The translations under genes were made by a program, and so were the position numbers. The notes under the pieces were generated by a model. The model had not been told where the DNA came from. It did no database searches and saw only the letters and a program-made list of their open reading frames with translations. A stretch of 64,000 bases of DNA from Candidatus Iainarchaeum sp. (GTDB lineage Archaea > Iainarchaeota > Iainarchaeia > Iainarchaeales > UBA10191), in assembly GCA_030649735.1 (NCBI GenBank), contig JAUSFL010000023.1, positions 1-64,000 of the forward strand, in the 5' to 3' direction. Below, piece by piece: positions 1 through 8,300 of the stretch (its first letter is position 1; each line of letters starts with the position of its first letter).

Positions 1-35
1 CCAAAACAAACCAATCCTTTCAATTGAGTTTAAAG

Positions 36-109
36 CGAGCTCGGAGGGATTTGAACCCTCGACCATCGGATTAAAAGTCCGGTGCTCTACCAAGCTGAGC
101 TACGAGCCC
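36..109 (-). tRNA. tRNA-Lys (anticodon TTT)
   Basis: Reverse complement GGGCTCG...CT-TTT-AA...GGTTCAAATCC...CGAGCTC-G folds as a cloverleaf; no encoded CCA. Confidence 0.96.
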
Positions 110-332
110 GTAATTAAAAAAACCTCGCAAAAAAACCTTGACAATTCCTTGATTGCTGAGAAAAAATCAGCCGAGTTTGGGTAAATCCCTTCTTTGCATA
201 TCAAACAACCAATAAGTAAAATTCATGAAGAAAACATTAAAAATAAACCCCAGAATCTGGGGGAAATAACGGCAATTGCCAAAGATTGCGCATTTTAATT
301 CTTTTCCAGCAAGAAATTGCTTGAGTGTTTCA

Positions 333-875
333 ATGAAAGTCCATGTTTTAAGGTTTGGCCACAGGAAAAAAAGAGACATTAGGGTAACAAGCCACTGCGC
401 TTTGGTTGCCAGGGCGTTAGGCGCTGAAAGAATAATCATTGATGGGGACAAGGACGACAAGGCGGAAAAAACACTGAAAGGAGTCAATGAACGGTTTGGG
501 CAAGGAATCAAAGTAGAGCAAAAAGCATGGAAAAAAACGCTTAAAGAATACAAAAACAAGGGCTGGAAAATAGCGCATTTGACAATGTATGGAGAAACTC
601 TGGCGAAAGCAATGCCGGCAGTCAGAAAAGAAAAAAGAATCCTGGTTTTTGTCGGCGCTGAAAAAGTGCCTGGAGAAGTTTACAAAATAGCTGACTGGAA
701 TATTGGAATTGGAAATCAGCCGCATTCAGAAATTGCGGCATTGGCGATATTTCTCCATGAGTTGTTTGAAGGCAAAGAATTAGAAAGAAAATTCCCAAAA
801 GCAAAAGTGGAAATAATCCCTTGCCAAAAAGGAAAAAATGTAAGGCAATTGCAAAAAAGCAAGGGAAAATCCTAG
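333..875 (+). CDS. trm56: tRNA (cytidine(56)-2'-O)-methyltransferase aTrm56 (SPOUT)
   Basis: LRFGHRKKRDIRVTSHCALVARALGA, HLTMYG, VGAEKVP, GNQPHSEIAALAIFL motifs; ATG 333 preferred over the ORF-track start at 276. Confidence 0.93.
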   Translation: MKVHVLRFGHRKKRDIRVTSHCALVARALGAERIIIDGDKDDKAEKTLKGVNERFGQGIKVEQKAWKKTLKEYKNKGWKIAHLTMYGETLAKAMPAVRKEKRILVFVGAEKVPGEVYKIADWNIGIGNQPHSEIAALAIFLHELFEGKELERKFPKAKVEIIPCQKGKNVRQLQKSKGKS

Positions 876-888
876 GTTTAAAAAACAA

Positions 889-1452
889 TTGCTTTACAAA
901 ATACAATGCAGAGGGAGTTCTTTGAAGGAAAAAATCCTTAACCTAAACATAACTAAAGATTTTTTAACAACAATTGGCGGACAAAACGCGCCAGAAGTCG
1001 TCAAAGTTTGTTTGGAAAAAAACAAAGACATCACTGATGAAGAAATCAGCAAAAAAATCCCGCTAAAAATCACAGAAATCAGGACAATACTAAACCAACT
1101 GCACTATAGGGGAATAGCCTGCTATAACAAGGCAAAAACCAAAAGGAGCGGGTGGTACAACTACACTTGGACCATCAAAACAAAAAGAATTGCAGAACTC
1201 CTGCTGGAACAAAAAGCAGAAGAAATAAACAGAATGGAAAAAAGGCAAGAGTTAGAAAAAAATTATGAACAATTTGCATGCCCAGGAAAATGCACGCAAA
1301 TGGCCTTTGAAATAGCTGCAGAATACCAATTCAAATGTCCAGAATGCGGCAAGCAAATGAACATAATAGATAATAGGAAAATTGCAAGAGAAAGTAAGCA
1401 AAAAATAGAAAGCATCAAAAGAGAAGTAAATGTCCTGAAAAAAGTAGTATAA
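889..1452 (+). CDS. tfe: Transcription factor E (TFE alpha)
   Basis: wHTH (ITDEEIS...EIRTILNQL...GWYNYTW) plus Zn ribbon CPGKC...FKCPECG; true start may be TTG 922. Confidence 0.9.
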   Translation: MLYKIQCRGSSLKEKILNLNITKDFLTTIGGQNAPEVVKVCLEKNKDITDEEISKKIPLKITEIRTILNQLHYRGIACYNKAKTKRSGWYNYTWTIKTKRIAELLLEQKAEEINRMEKRQELEKNYEQFACPGKCTQMAFEIAAEYQFKCPECGKQMNIIDNRKIARESKQKIESIKREVNVLKKVV

Positions 1453-1522
1453 AAACACTAAAATTAGGACAACTAAGAATAAACAACCCAACCAAAAAAT
1501 ACTAATTAAAAAAGCACAAAAT

Positions 1523-1597
1523 AGCGCGGTAGGGCAGCCAGGAGTGCCCGTCGGGCTCATAACCCGGAGGTCGGAGGTTCAAATCCTTCCCGCGCTA
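1523..1597 (+). tRNA. Initiator tRNA-Met (CAT)
   Basis: AGCGCGG...CCGCGCT-A with A1-U72 pair and GGG-CTCATAA-CCC anticodon arm, both initiator hallmarks. Confidence 0.96.
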
Positions 1598-1736
1598 AAA
1601 AAACTATAAAAACTACTCCTAATCTTATTTAAAGTAAAAAAAAGCAATTTGAGCTAAAATAAAGCAATAAAACAACCTAGATTGTGAATTTTTAACAAAA
1701 ACCACTAATTCTATATAATAAATTAATGAGTATTAT

Positions 1737-1750
1737 AGTTAGGCACTACA
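1737..1750 (+). repeat. AGTTAGGCACTACA motif copy 1
   Basis: Exact 14-mer in the AT-rich intergenic region. Confidence 0.9.
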
Positions 1751-1919
1751 CTGTGAGCCATTATAAATTTGCAGCCAACAGCTAAAAATAGAAAAAAAAT
1801 AAACACTTAAAAAAACAACTAAAAACAACAAAAGTGAAAAAGACAAAAAAACACAAACTCAAAAAAGAAACAAAATTAAAAAAATAAAACTACAACCACT
1901 CATTGTTTTACAACTTAAT

Positions 1920-1933
1920 AGTTAGGCACTACA
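1920..1933 (+). repeat. AGTTAGGCACTACA motif copy 2
   Basis: Exact 14-mer; 16 bp identical to copy 1 (ATAGTTAGGCACTACA). Confidence 0.9.
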
Positions 1934-1984
1934 ACCACACAAAATACTAAGCCTCAAAACAACACTAATAAAACAATACTAGTA

Positions 1985-2047
1985 ATTACTATAATGACGA
2001 GTAATGAGCGTAAACTATTTAAGTAAGTACAATCATTACTATAATGA
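1985..2047 (+). promoter_or_regulatory. Putative operator: 13-bp direct repeat ATTACTATAATGA (1985, 2035); second copy lies in the palindrome TCATTA-CTA-TAATGA
   Basis: Seen directly; the copies flank a TATA-like TATTTAAG and overlap the first ATG of the wHTH gene. Confidence 0.45.
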
Positions 2048-2466
2048 GATCAAAAATGGGCTTTTTAGATAAAATTTTAAATATTTTTCGAAAAAAAGAG
2101 TTAGGCACTACAAAAATAGAAAAAACAATATATGAAATCCAAAAAGAAGAATTTGAAGAAATCCATAGTGTTTGGGATTACTTAAAATTTGTTGAAAACA
2201 CGCAGGCATTCCACCTTACTAGCGTAATTGGGTTTGAAGAATGGATTACAATGGGTGAAATAAAACGAAGAATTAAGGAATTATTTACTGTAGAATATGA
2301 GAATGAAAGAAGCCTTTACCCATACATAAAAACCCTAGTAGATTGCGGCCTTTTTGAAGTTTCAAATGTCGGTGGAAAAAGAAAATGGAGAAGAAAAGAG
2401 CTTTTGATTATTGTGAAAAAGAAAAAAAAAGAGACTGAGCAAATCAGAGAAATCAGGGAGAATTAG
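2044..2466 (+). CDS. Winged-helix DNA-binding protein with N-terminal amphipathic helix
   Basis: WITMGEIKRRIKELF...SLYPYIKTLVDCGLFEVSNVGGKRKWR resembles a wHTH with wing; MGFLDKILNIFRKK from the alternative ATG 2056. Confidence 0.7.
   Translation: MRSKMGFLDKILNIFRKKELGTTKIEKTIYEIQKEEFEEIHSVWDYLKFVENTQAFHLTSVIGFEEWITMGEIKRRIKELFTVEYENERSLYPYIKTLVDCGLFEVSNVGGKRKWRRKELLIIVKKKKKETEQIREIREN
2099..2112 (+). repeat. AGTTAGGCACTACA motif copy 3 (inside wHTH CDS, encodes ELGTT)
   Basis: Exact 14-mer. Confidence 0.9.
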
Positions 2467-2502
2467 TTAATTTACGAGCAAAAATTAATTGATTTTTAAT
2501 TT

Positions 2503-3099
2503 TCAAAGATTGCGTAATGCATTATAATTTTTGTTAAAGTTCATTAATCTTTCAGATTTGGAATAATTCTGTTTAAACCAGGGGAAAGAAATGACTTTTT
2601 GCGCTGTTTCAAGCAAAACCCGCCTGTAATTTTCGTCAATTTTTTGGTTTTGCTGGATTAAATTAAGCAAGTTTTTTATTTCCTCTTCAATCTTTTCATG
2701 GCTTTCAGAAGTTGAAAGAATGAAAGTCCTGTCAATTAATTCCTCTAAAGACTTTACAACCAAATGGTCTTCAACGTCTTTTTCATTAAGGTAATAGACT
2801 GCTTTCCAATCCCCTTTAGTTTGCCATTTATGGGTTGGGTTATTTCCTGTAAGAAAAAAATTTTTTAAATTTGAAAAAATTTCCGGGGGAATGATAACAC
2901 AATTTTTGCCTTGTTTAATATATGGTACTTTTGAAAGTATTCCATTTCTATGATATGCGTAAGTTTTGCCATTGCTTTTAGTCACTCTTTGAGTGTACCC
3001 ATAAATTGCGCGGAATAGTTTTTGATAAGTATATGTTGAATGGCTCATTGTTTCTGGAATTATGAATTTATATTGAATAAAATAGCTCTTTTCTGCCAC
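2503..3099 (-). CDS. Hypothetical protein, possible Cas2-like/ferredoxin-fold N-terminal domain
   Basis: Long ORF; GTG 3099 follows an SD-like GGGTGTG (ORF-track start 3144); pattern FIQYKF...QKLFRAIYGY...GILSKVPYIKQGKNCVIIP. Confidence 0.6.
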   Translation of the reverse strand: MAEKSYFIQYKFIIPETMSHSTYTYQKLFRAIYGYTQRVTKSNGKTYAYHRNGILSKVPYIKQGKNCVIIPPEIFSNLKNFFLTGNNPTHKWQTKGDWKAVYYLNEKDVEDHLVVKSLEELIDRTFILSTSESHEKIEEEIKNLLNLIQQNQKIDENYRRVLLETAQKVISFPWFKQNYSKSERLMNFNKNYNALRNL

Positions 3100-3229
3100 T
3101 AAAGCACACCCTTGAATTCCAGTATTATGTTTTTTATAATACAAAAGAAATTACTTATGTATAATATAAATACATAAATAAATACTTTTGCTTTTCTTTA
3201 AAAAAAATTAAAAAATGAGAAGAAATTGG

Positions 3230-3541
3230 TTATTTTCTTCTCTGATATCTATATTGTGGAGCTGGTTGTCTAGCTGGCGCTTCTTCTTCCTCAATTTCTA
3301 AGGCTTTAGAAGGGCAAGTTATTACAATATCTTTTACAGATTTTACAGTCCTATACGGAATGCTTTTTTCGCTGATTATTTTTTTGGCCTCTTGCTTGCT
3401 TCGCACTCTTAAAGGCTCTGTTGTGATAGTTTCAATTCTTCCTTTTTCAAGGTTTATTACCAAATCGAAGACTTTTCCCTTATATTCAGCATTATCTGTG
3501 TAGATATCCATTCCAAAAAGCTTTGAGATTCTTGCTGTCAT
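3230..3541 (-). CDS. PRC-barrel domain protein (CdpB2-like cell-division protein)
   Basis: SKLFGMDIYTDNAEYKGKVFDLVINLEKGRI...IPYRTVKSVKDIVI PRC-barrel signature. Confidence 0.85.
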   Translation of the reverse strand: MTARISKLFGMDIYTDNAEYKGKVFDLVINLEKGRIETITTEPLRVRSKQEAKKIISEKSIPYRTVKSVKDIVITCPSKALEIEEEEAPARQPAPQYRYQRRK

Positions 3542-3742
3542 TAAATTCACCCCATTAATATTGATATTAGGTTTTGAAAACCATTATACTGAAGTCAAGA
3601 AACTATTTAAATCTTACTAATTTTTTTCAAAACCAGTATTTTTCAATAATAGTGGAACTAAACCCACCCCAAAACTACATAATTATTGCTTTGTTTCATT
3701 AATTCTCTCTTGTCCTAATATCGTGTGCTTTTTATCCTAATT

Positions 3743-3756
3743 TGTAGTGCCTAACT
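3743..3756 (-). repeat. AGTTAGGCACTACA motif copy 4 (contains the xerA TAG stop)
   Basis: Plus strand TGTAGTGCCTAACT. Confidence 0.9.
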
Positions 3757-4725
3757 TTGCTCTTTTATCGCTTCTTTTTCAATTATTTTCTTTTTTTGCA
3801 TTGTGTCAAAAGGGCTGACTACTTTTTTCAGCTCGTCTGTTGTGACTTGGGTGTAAATTTGGGTTGTGCTTAGGTTTGAATGGCCTAGCAGTTCCTGGAT
3901 TTTTCGGATATTTTCTCCGCTTTCCAGTAAATGCGTTGCGAAGCTGTGGCGTAGTTTGTGTGGCGTGATGTCTTTTGTTATTTTTGCCTTTGCTGCTGAT
4001 TCTTTGATCATTCTTTCGATTGTGTCAGTGCTTATTGGGGTTGCGTTTTTTTTGCTGAATACAAATGCGCTTTTGTTTTTTTTCTTTTTTAAGTATTTTT
4101 TTATTTCACTAATCCATTGTTTTGAAAGGATTATTATCCTGTCTTTGTTTCCTTTCCCGCCTTTTACGCGGGCTATTCCTTCTTCTAGTTCCAGGTCTTC
4201 GGTTTTTAGCTTGCTGGCTTCTGAAACCCTGCAGCCAGTGCTGTAAAGGAATTCTAAGATTAGCCTGTTGCGTCCTGCTTTTGTTGCTTTGAAGAGGAGT
4301 TTTAATTCTTCTTTTGTCAGTGTTATTGGAAGTTTTTTGGCTTTTTTTGGGGTTTTTATTTCTTCAATTATTTTTAAGTGCAGCAGCGTGTGGTAAAAGT
4401 ATTTTAGCGCTGAGAGCGCTAGTGCTATTGTTGAATTGCTTGTTTGCCTTTTTTCTTTCATTTCTGCCATGAATGAGATTATGTCTTCTCTTTGCGCTTC
4501 TTTGGCTGGTTTTTTGAAGAATTGCAAAAACATTTCAACATATAATTCATACATGGTCAAGGTTTTTTGTGAATAGCCGGCGACTAGCAGTTCTTGCCTG
4601 AATTTTTTTACAATCGCTTGGTTTTCTTCGCTTAATTCTGGCTTTGCGGTTTTTCTTTTTTCAAATTCCGAATTTGTAGTGCCTAATTCACCAATCGTAG
4701 TGCCTAACTCTTCTATTGTCCCCAT
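3751..4725 (-). CDS. xerA: XerA-like tyrosine recombinase
   Basis: SAM-like N-domain; catalytic R (TGCRVSE), K (GKGNKDR), HKLRHSFATHLL, LLGHS, TTQIYT. Confidence 0.9.
   Translation of the reverse strand: MGTIEELGTTIGELGTTNSEFEKRKTAKPELSEENQAIVKKFRQELLVAGYSQKTLTMYELYVEMFLQFFKKPAKEAQREDIISFMAEMKEKRQTSNSTIALALSALKYFYHTLLHLKIIEEIKTPKKAKKLPITLTKEELKLLFKATKAGRNRLILEFLYSTGCRVSEASKLKTEDLELEEGIARVKGGKGNKDRIIILSKQWISEIKKYLKKKKNKSAFVFSKKNATPISTDTIERMIKESAAKAKITKDITPHKLRHSFATHLLESGENIRKIQELLGHSNLSTTQIYTQVTTDELKKVVSPFDTMQKKKIIEKEAIKEQS
4675..4709 (-). repeat. Motif copies 5 and 6 (AATTAGGCACTACA 4675-4688; AGTTAGGCACTACG 4696-4709)
   Basis: One mismatch each, 21 bp apart; encode ELGTT twice in the XerA N-terminus. 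Confidence 0.9.
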
Positions 4726-4760
4726 ACAATAATTACTCTCTTCCGCTTTAAATTTTTAGG

Positions 4761-5003
4761 CTAATTTTCTAGTTTTGCAAAGTGGAATAGCTCTTTTGCC
4801 TGGATGTAGTTGTATATTGCAGCAATTCCTGCAAGGAATGCCAGGAAATAGAATCCAAAAGACATTGTGTGGTTATTGGCAATTTGTTCCAGCAGGCCTT
4901 CAATCATTGTCCAAAAGAATAATGTGGCTAAAATAACCCCTATTATGAATTGGATTGCTGATTTTGCAAATATTTTTTTTGTTTTGTTTGTTGTTTGTGG
5001 CAT
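4761..5003 (-). CDS. Small two-TM membrane protein
   Basis: Two hydrophobic segments; ATG start. Confidence 0.7.
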   Translation of the reverse strand: MPQTTNKTKKIFAKSAIQFIIGVILATLFFWTMIEGLLEQIANNHTMSFGFYFLAFLAGIAAIYNYIQAKELFHFAKLEN

Positions 5004-5123
5004 TATTTTATGATATTTTTTGCATTATTAAATCAAATCCATCATATACATAATTGCTTTTCGCTTTTTTCCCAAAAAATATGTTTAAATTTTATTAGTT
5101 TTATTCTGTTATTGGGTGTTTGA

Positions 5124-5303
5124 ATGGTTGTGGATAGTAAGAATTTTCAGCGCAGGGGTTCAATGGCGCAGTATGGCTTGCCTAAGTCTAGAAAGTGCAT
5201 GAATTGCCAAAAGGACACTGTTGATGATGGATCTCATGCTTGGCTTAGGGGCTTTTGCACTGAAAAATGCCATGATGATTACATTGAAAAATTAAGAAAG
5301 TGA
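5124..5303 (+). CDS. 59-aa TRASH/treble-clef-like zinc-finger protein (absent from ORF track)
   Basis: MVVDSKNFQRRGSMAQYGLPKSRKCMNCQKDTVDDGSHAWLRGFCTEKCHDDYIEKLRK; CxxC...FCxxxC; SD-like GGGTG upstream. Confidence 0.7.
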   Translation: MVVDSKNFQRRGSMAQYGLPKSRKCMNCQKDTVDDGSHAWLRGFCTEKCHDDYIEKLRK

Positions 5304-5307
5304 TTTT

Positions 5308-8300
5308 TTATTCGCTTTCTTTTCTTAATATTTTTTTAATTCTCTCTTGCTTTTGGATTTCGCTTTTTTCCCTCTTTTTTTTCAAAAGCAGTGCAATTGC
5401 TATTAGCCCGGCCAATGGAATTAGCGCCATTGGCAAGTCTGGCAGTTCGATTCCATGGTTTAATGAAACTAGCGCGTTTGCAAATCCAGCATATTGTATT
5501 GATTTTATGTAATTTTTGTTTTCCAGCTCTTTGGCGGCTTTTTCAAGCAGGAATTTTGCTTTTTCATTGCCGTTGGCTTTTTCTTGAAGTTTTTGGCTTT
5601 CTTTTTCCAGGATTGTTTGGGCGTCAATTTTTAGCTCGCTTGCTTTGGATTCTAGCGCTTGTTTGATTTCGTTTATTTTTTCCACGGCATCCAGCGCTTT
5701 TTGGCTTTCTTCAATTGTTTTTTCTACTTCACTGCTGTTAATTATTCCATTACTGTTTAAATCCTTGATTTTTTGCAGGCTTTCCCCAATTTTTGAAAAA
5801 TTCATTTTTTGAATGTCGAGCTTTGCTTTTTCAATTTCTTCTTTGGTTATTGGGGGCAAGTATTTGCTTTCCAGCATTTCTTGCGCTCCAAAATTTTGCA
5901 GGTTTTTTGAAAGCAGTTCTGCAATGCTTAACGCGTTTTCCCTGTTTTTGATTGCAAGTTCTGCCCTTTTAATGAATTCTGTCATTCTTGCTAGTTGCGC
6001 TTTGCTTATACTGTTTTGGTCGTTTTGCCTGGCTTCTTGTTTTGGAAGCTCTTCAGTTTTTGCGGCTTGCTGTTGTGCTCTTTCTTTTGGGATTTCTTGC
6101 CTTTTTTGCTCTGCTTCCAGTTCTTTGGCTTTTTGGTAGTAGTTTAGCGCTTCTTGCTTGTCTTGCTTGTTTTGCTCGCTGAAGTTTTCGCTCAAAAAAT
6201 TTGTTTTTTCAAGCAGTTCTCTTGCTTTTTGCGAAATCTCCCAGATTTCGGATTTTGAAAGCCCGGTTGTAATTTGCTTTGTTTGGGAAATGATTGTTTT
6301 CCAGTCAAAGCTGTCTTTTGCAAACTCCGCGCGCAATTTGTACCTTTTTTCTTGAATTGGCGGGAGTTGTTCTTCAACTAGTTCTGTAGAATAGTTTTTT
6401 TTCACTTTTTTTTCGCGTCCAAACTCGTCAACTGCGGTTATTTTATCCGCGTTTTCAAGAAAGTCAAGGTTTATCCGGGCATTTTTTAGCACTGTGCCCG
6501 ACCTGTTTTTTACAGTGAGTGAGTATTCTTGGATTGTTTTTTGCATTTCGTCTTTTTCCATAATCAATTCAATGGTTTTTTCTATTGGCGCGTCTATTTG
6601 GAACCAGACGCTTGATGATTGGTTGTTTTTTGCGTTCTTTAATTCCAGCGTGATTTCGTCGTTTTCTTTTTTTGCAGGGATTTCTTTTTGTTCGCTTTCT
6701 GCGAAAAGCAGGCTTGAATTCTCGGGAAGCGTTGTTTTGATTTTTAAGTCCGGTATTTCTGCGCTTTCTTTTGTGTGAATTGTTATTTTTCTTTCAAAGA
6801 TTGCCTTCTCTTCGTTGCAGAATGTGTTTTCTGTTTTTTCATCGGTTGTTGCGGGCATTGAAAATTCTTCAAATTCAATAATTGTAGTTCCTTTCGGGAT
6901 TTTTTTGAAAAAAAGCAATGTTTGGTTTTTGTCTTTTTCAACTTTTTCCAGCAATTCATTGGGTTTTATTTTTCCTTCAATTGCTTGGCTGATTTTTATT
7001 TGCTGGTTTTGCAAATTTTCATCGCTTTCCAGAATCAGGGAATATGCTGTTTTTTGCTGCTTGTTTGCTTCTATTGGGCGTTCGGAGATTGCTTCGATTT
7101 TTGCGCTGTCCTGGATTTTTTCAACTGCCTCGTTTTCTATTGCCGCGTTCAATTGATTGATTAGTTCTTCCAGGTTTTCTTTGATTTGCTCTTTTAGGCT
7201 TGCCTTAAGCATTGTGTTTTCCAAGTCTTGCTTGAAGTATTTTTCCAATTCTTTGATTTTTGCGCTTGTTTCCTTGCCTGGGTTGTTTAATGCTGCTTGT
7301 TTTTGCTTTGCGTTTGCAAAAAGTTCTTGCTCTTCTCTTGTTTTTTCATTTGCTTCCTGCATTGCCTGCTCTTTTAGCTTTTCGCATTCAATGCTGGCTT
7401 TTTCCATTGCAATTCCTGCAGCCATTAGTTTTTGCAGTACTTCAAATTTTTCGCTAATGCTTTGCATTTTGCTTGCCTTTGTTCTTTCCAGTTCTTCCAT
7501 GCAGTTTTTTGCGCTTGTTTCCTTGCTTGTGAGGAATTTTTCTTGATTTGCGCTTTTTTCTTGAATTTCATTCAGGTCGGCCAGCATTTTTCCGCAGGCT
7601 TGCAATGCTGGCTTTCCTTGGCTTTCTTTTGTTTTGAGGGCGTTGTTTTGCAAGTCTTGCAGCAGGAATTCATCCTGGTTTTTCAGTATTGCCGCGTTTT
7701 TGGTGATTGAGCCGGCTTTTTCCTTGCAGGCGCTTATTGTTTTTTCGAAGCTTTCTTTTTCAAGGAGTTCAATTTCTTTTGAAATGCTGTTTGCCTGCTT
7801 TTCAAGCTCTTTTGCGCTTTTTGTTTTTTCCCCAATTGTTTTTTTTAGAGTTTTTTCTTTTTTTATCAGCTCTTCCAGTTCCTGATTTTTTTCAAGAGCG
7901 TTTTTTTGGAAGTCTGAAATGTTTTGGAACTCGTTTTTTCGAAGCTGGATTTTTGATTCAATGCCCAATTCTTGCATTATTTTTTCCAGCAATCCAGTGT
8001 CTGTTTCCAGCAAGTTGCTGGCAAGCATTTTTTGGATTTTTTCAGAATTGTTTTTCAGAAGTTCTTCGGTGTTTTGAAGCCTTTGGGAGTTTTCTTTTTC
8101 AAGCTGTAATTCTTCGTTTTTTTGCTCTTGCATTAGCTTTTGGAATTCTGCCGCCGTGCTGTTTTCGAGCCCGATGAAGCTTTCTATTGCTTTTGAGGTT
8201 TTTTCCGCACTAATTATGCCCATTTCTTGCAGGCTGTCCTGCAGTTTTTCTGAATTGTTCAGTTTTTCTGATGCTTTTTTTGCGGCTTGCTTTCCTAAAG

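Noticed and set aside
1737-2112. CRISPR array interpretation of the 14-bp repeats
   Set aside because: The repeat is too short, spacing is ~180 bp, copies occur on both strands and inside CDSs, and there is no cas1.
1523-4725. Integrated element at tRNA-iMet with XerA as its integrase
   Set aside because: I saw no duplicated tRNA 3' end (att site) and no replication, capsid or conjugation genes; the recombinase looks like chromosomal XerA beside a housekeeping PRC-barrel gene. Not fully excluded.
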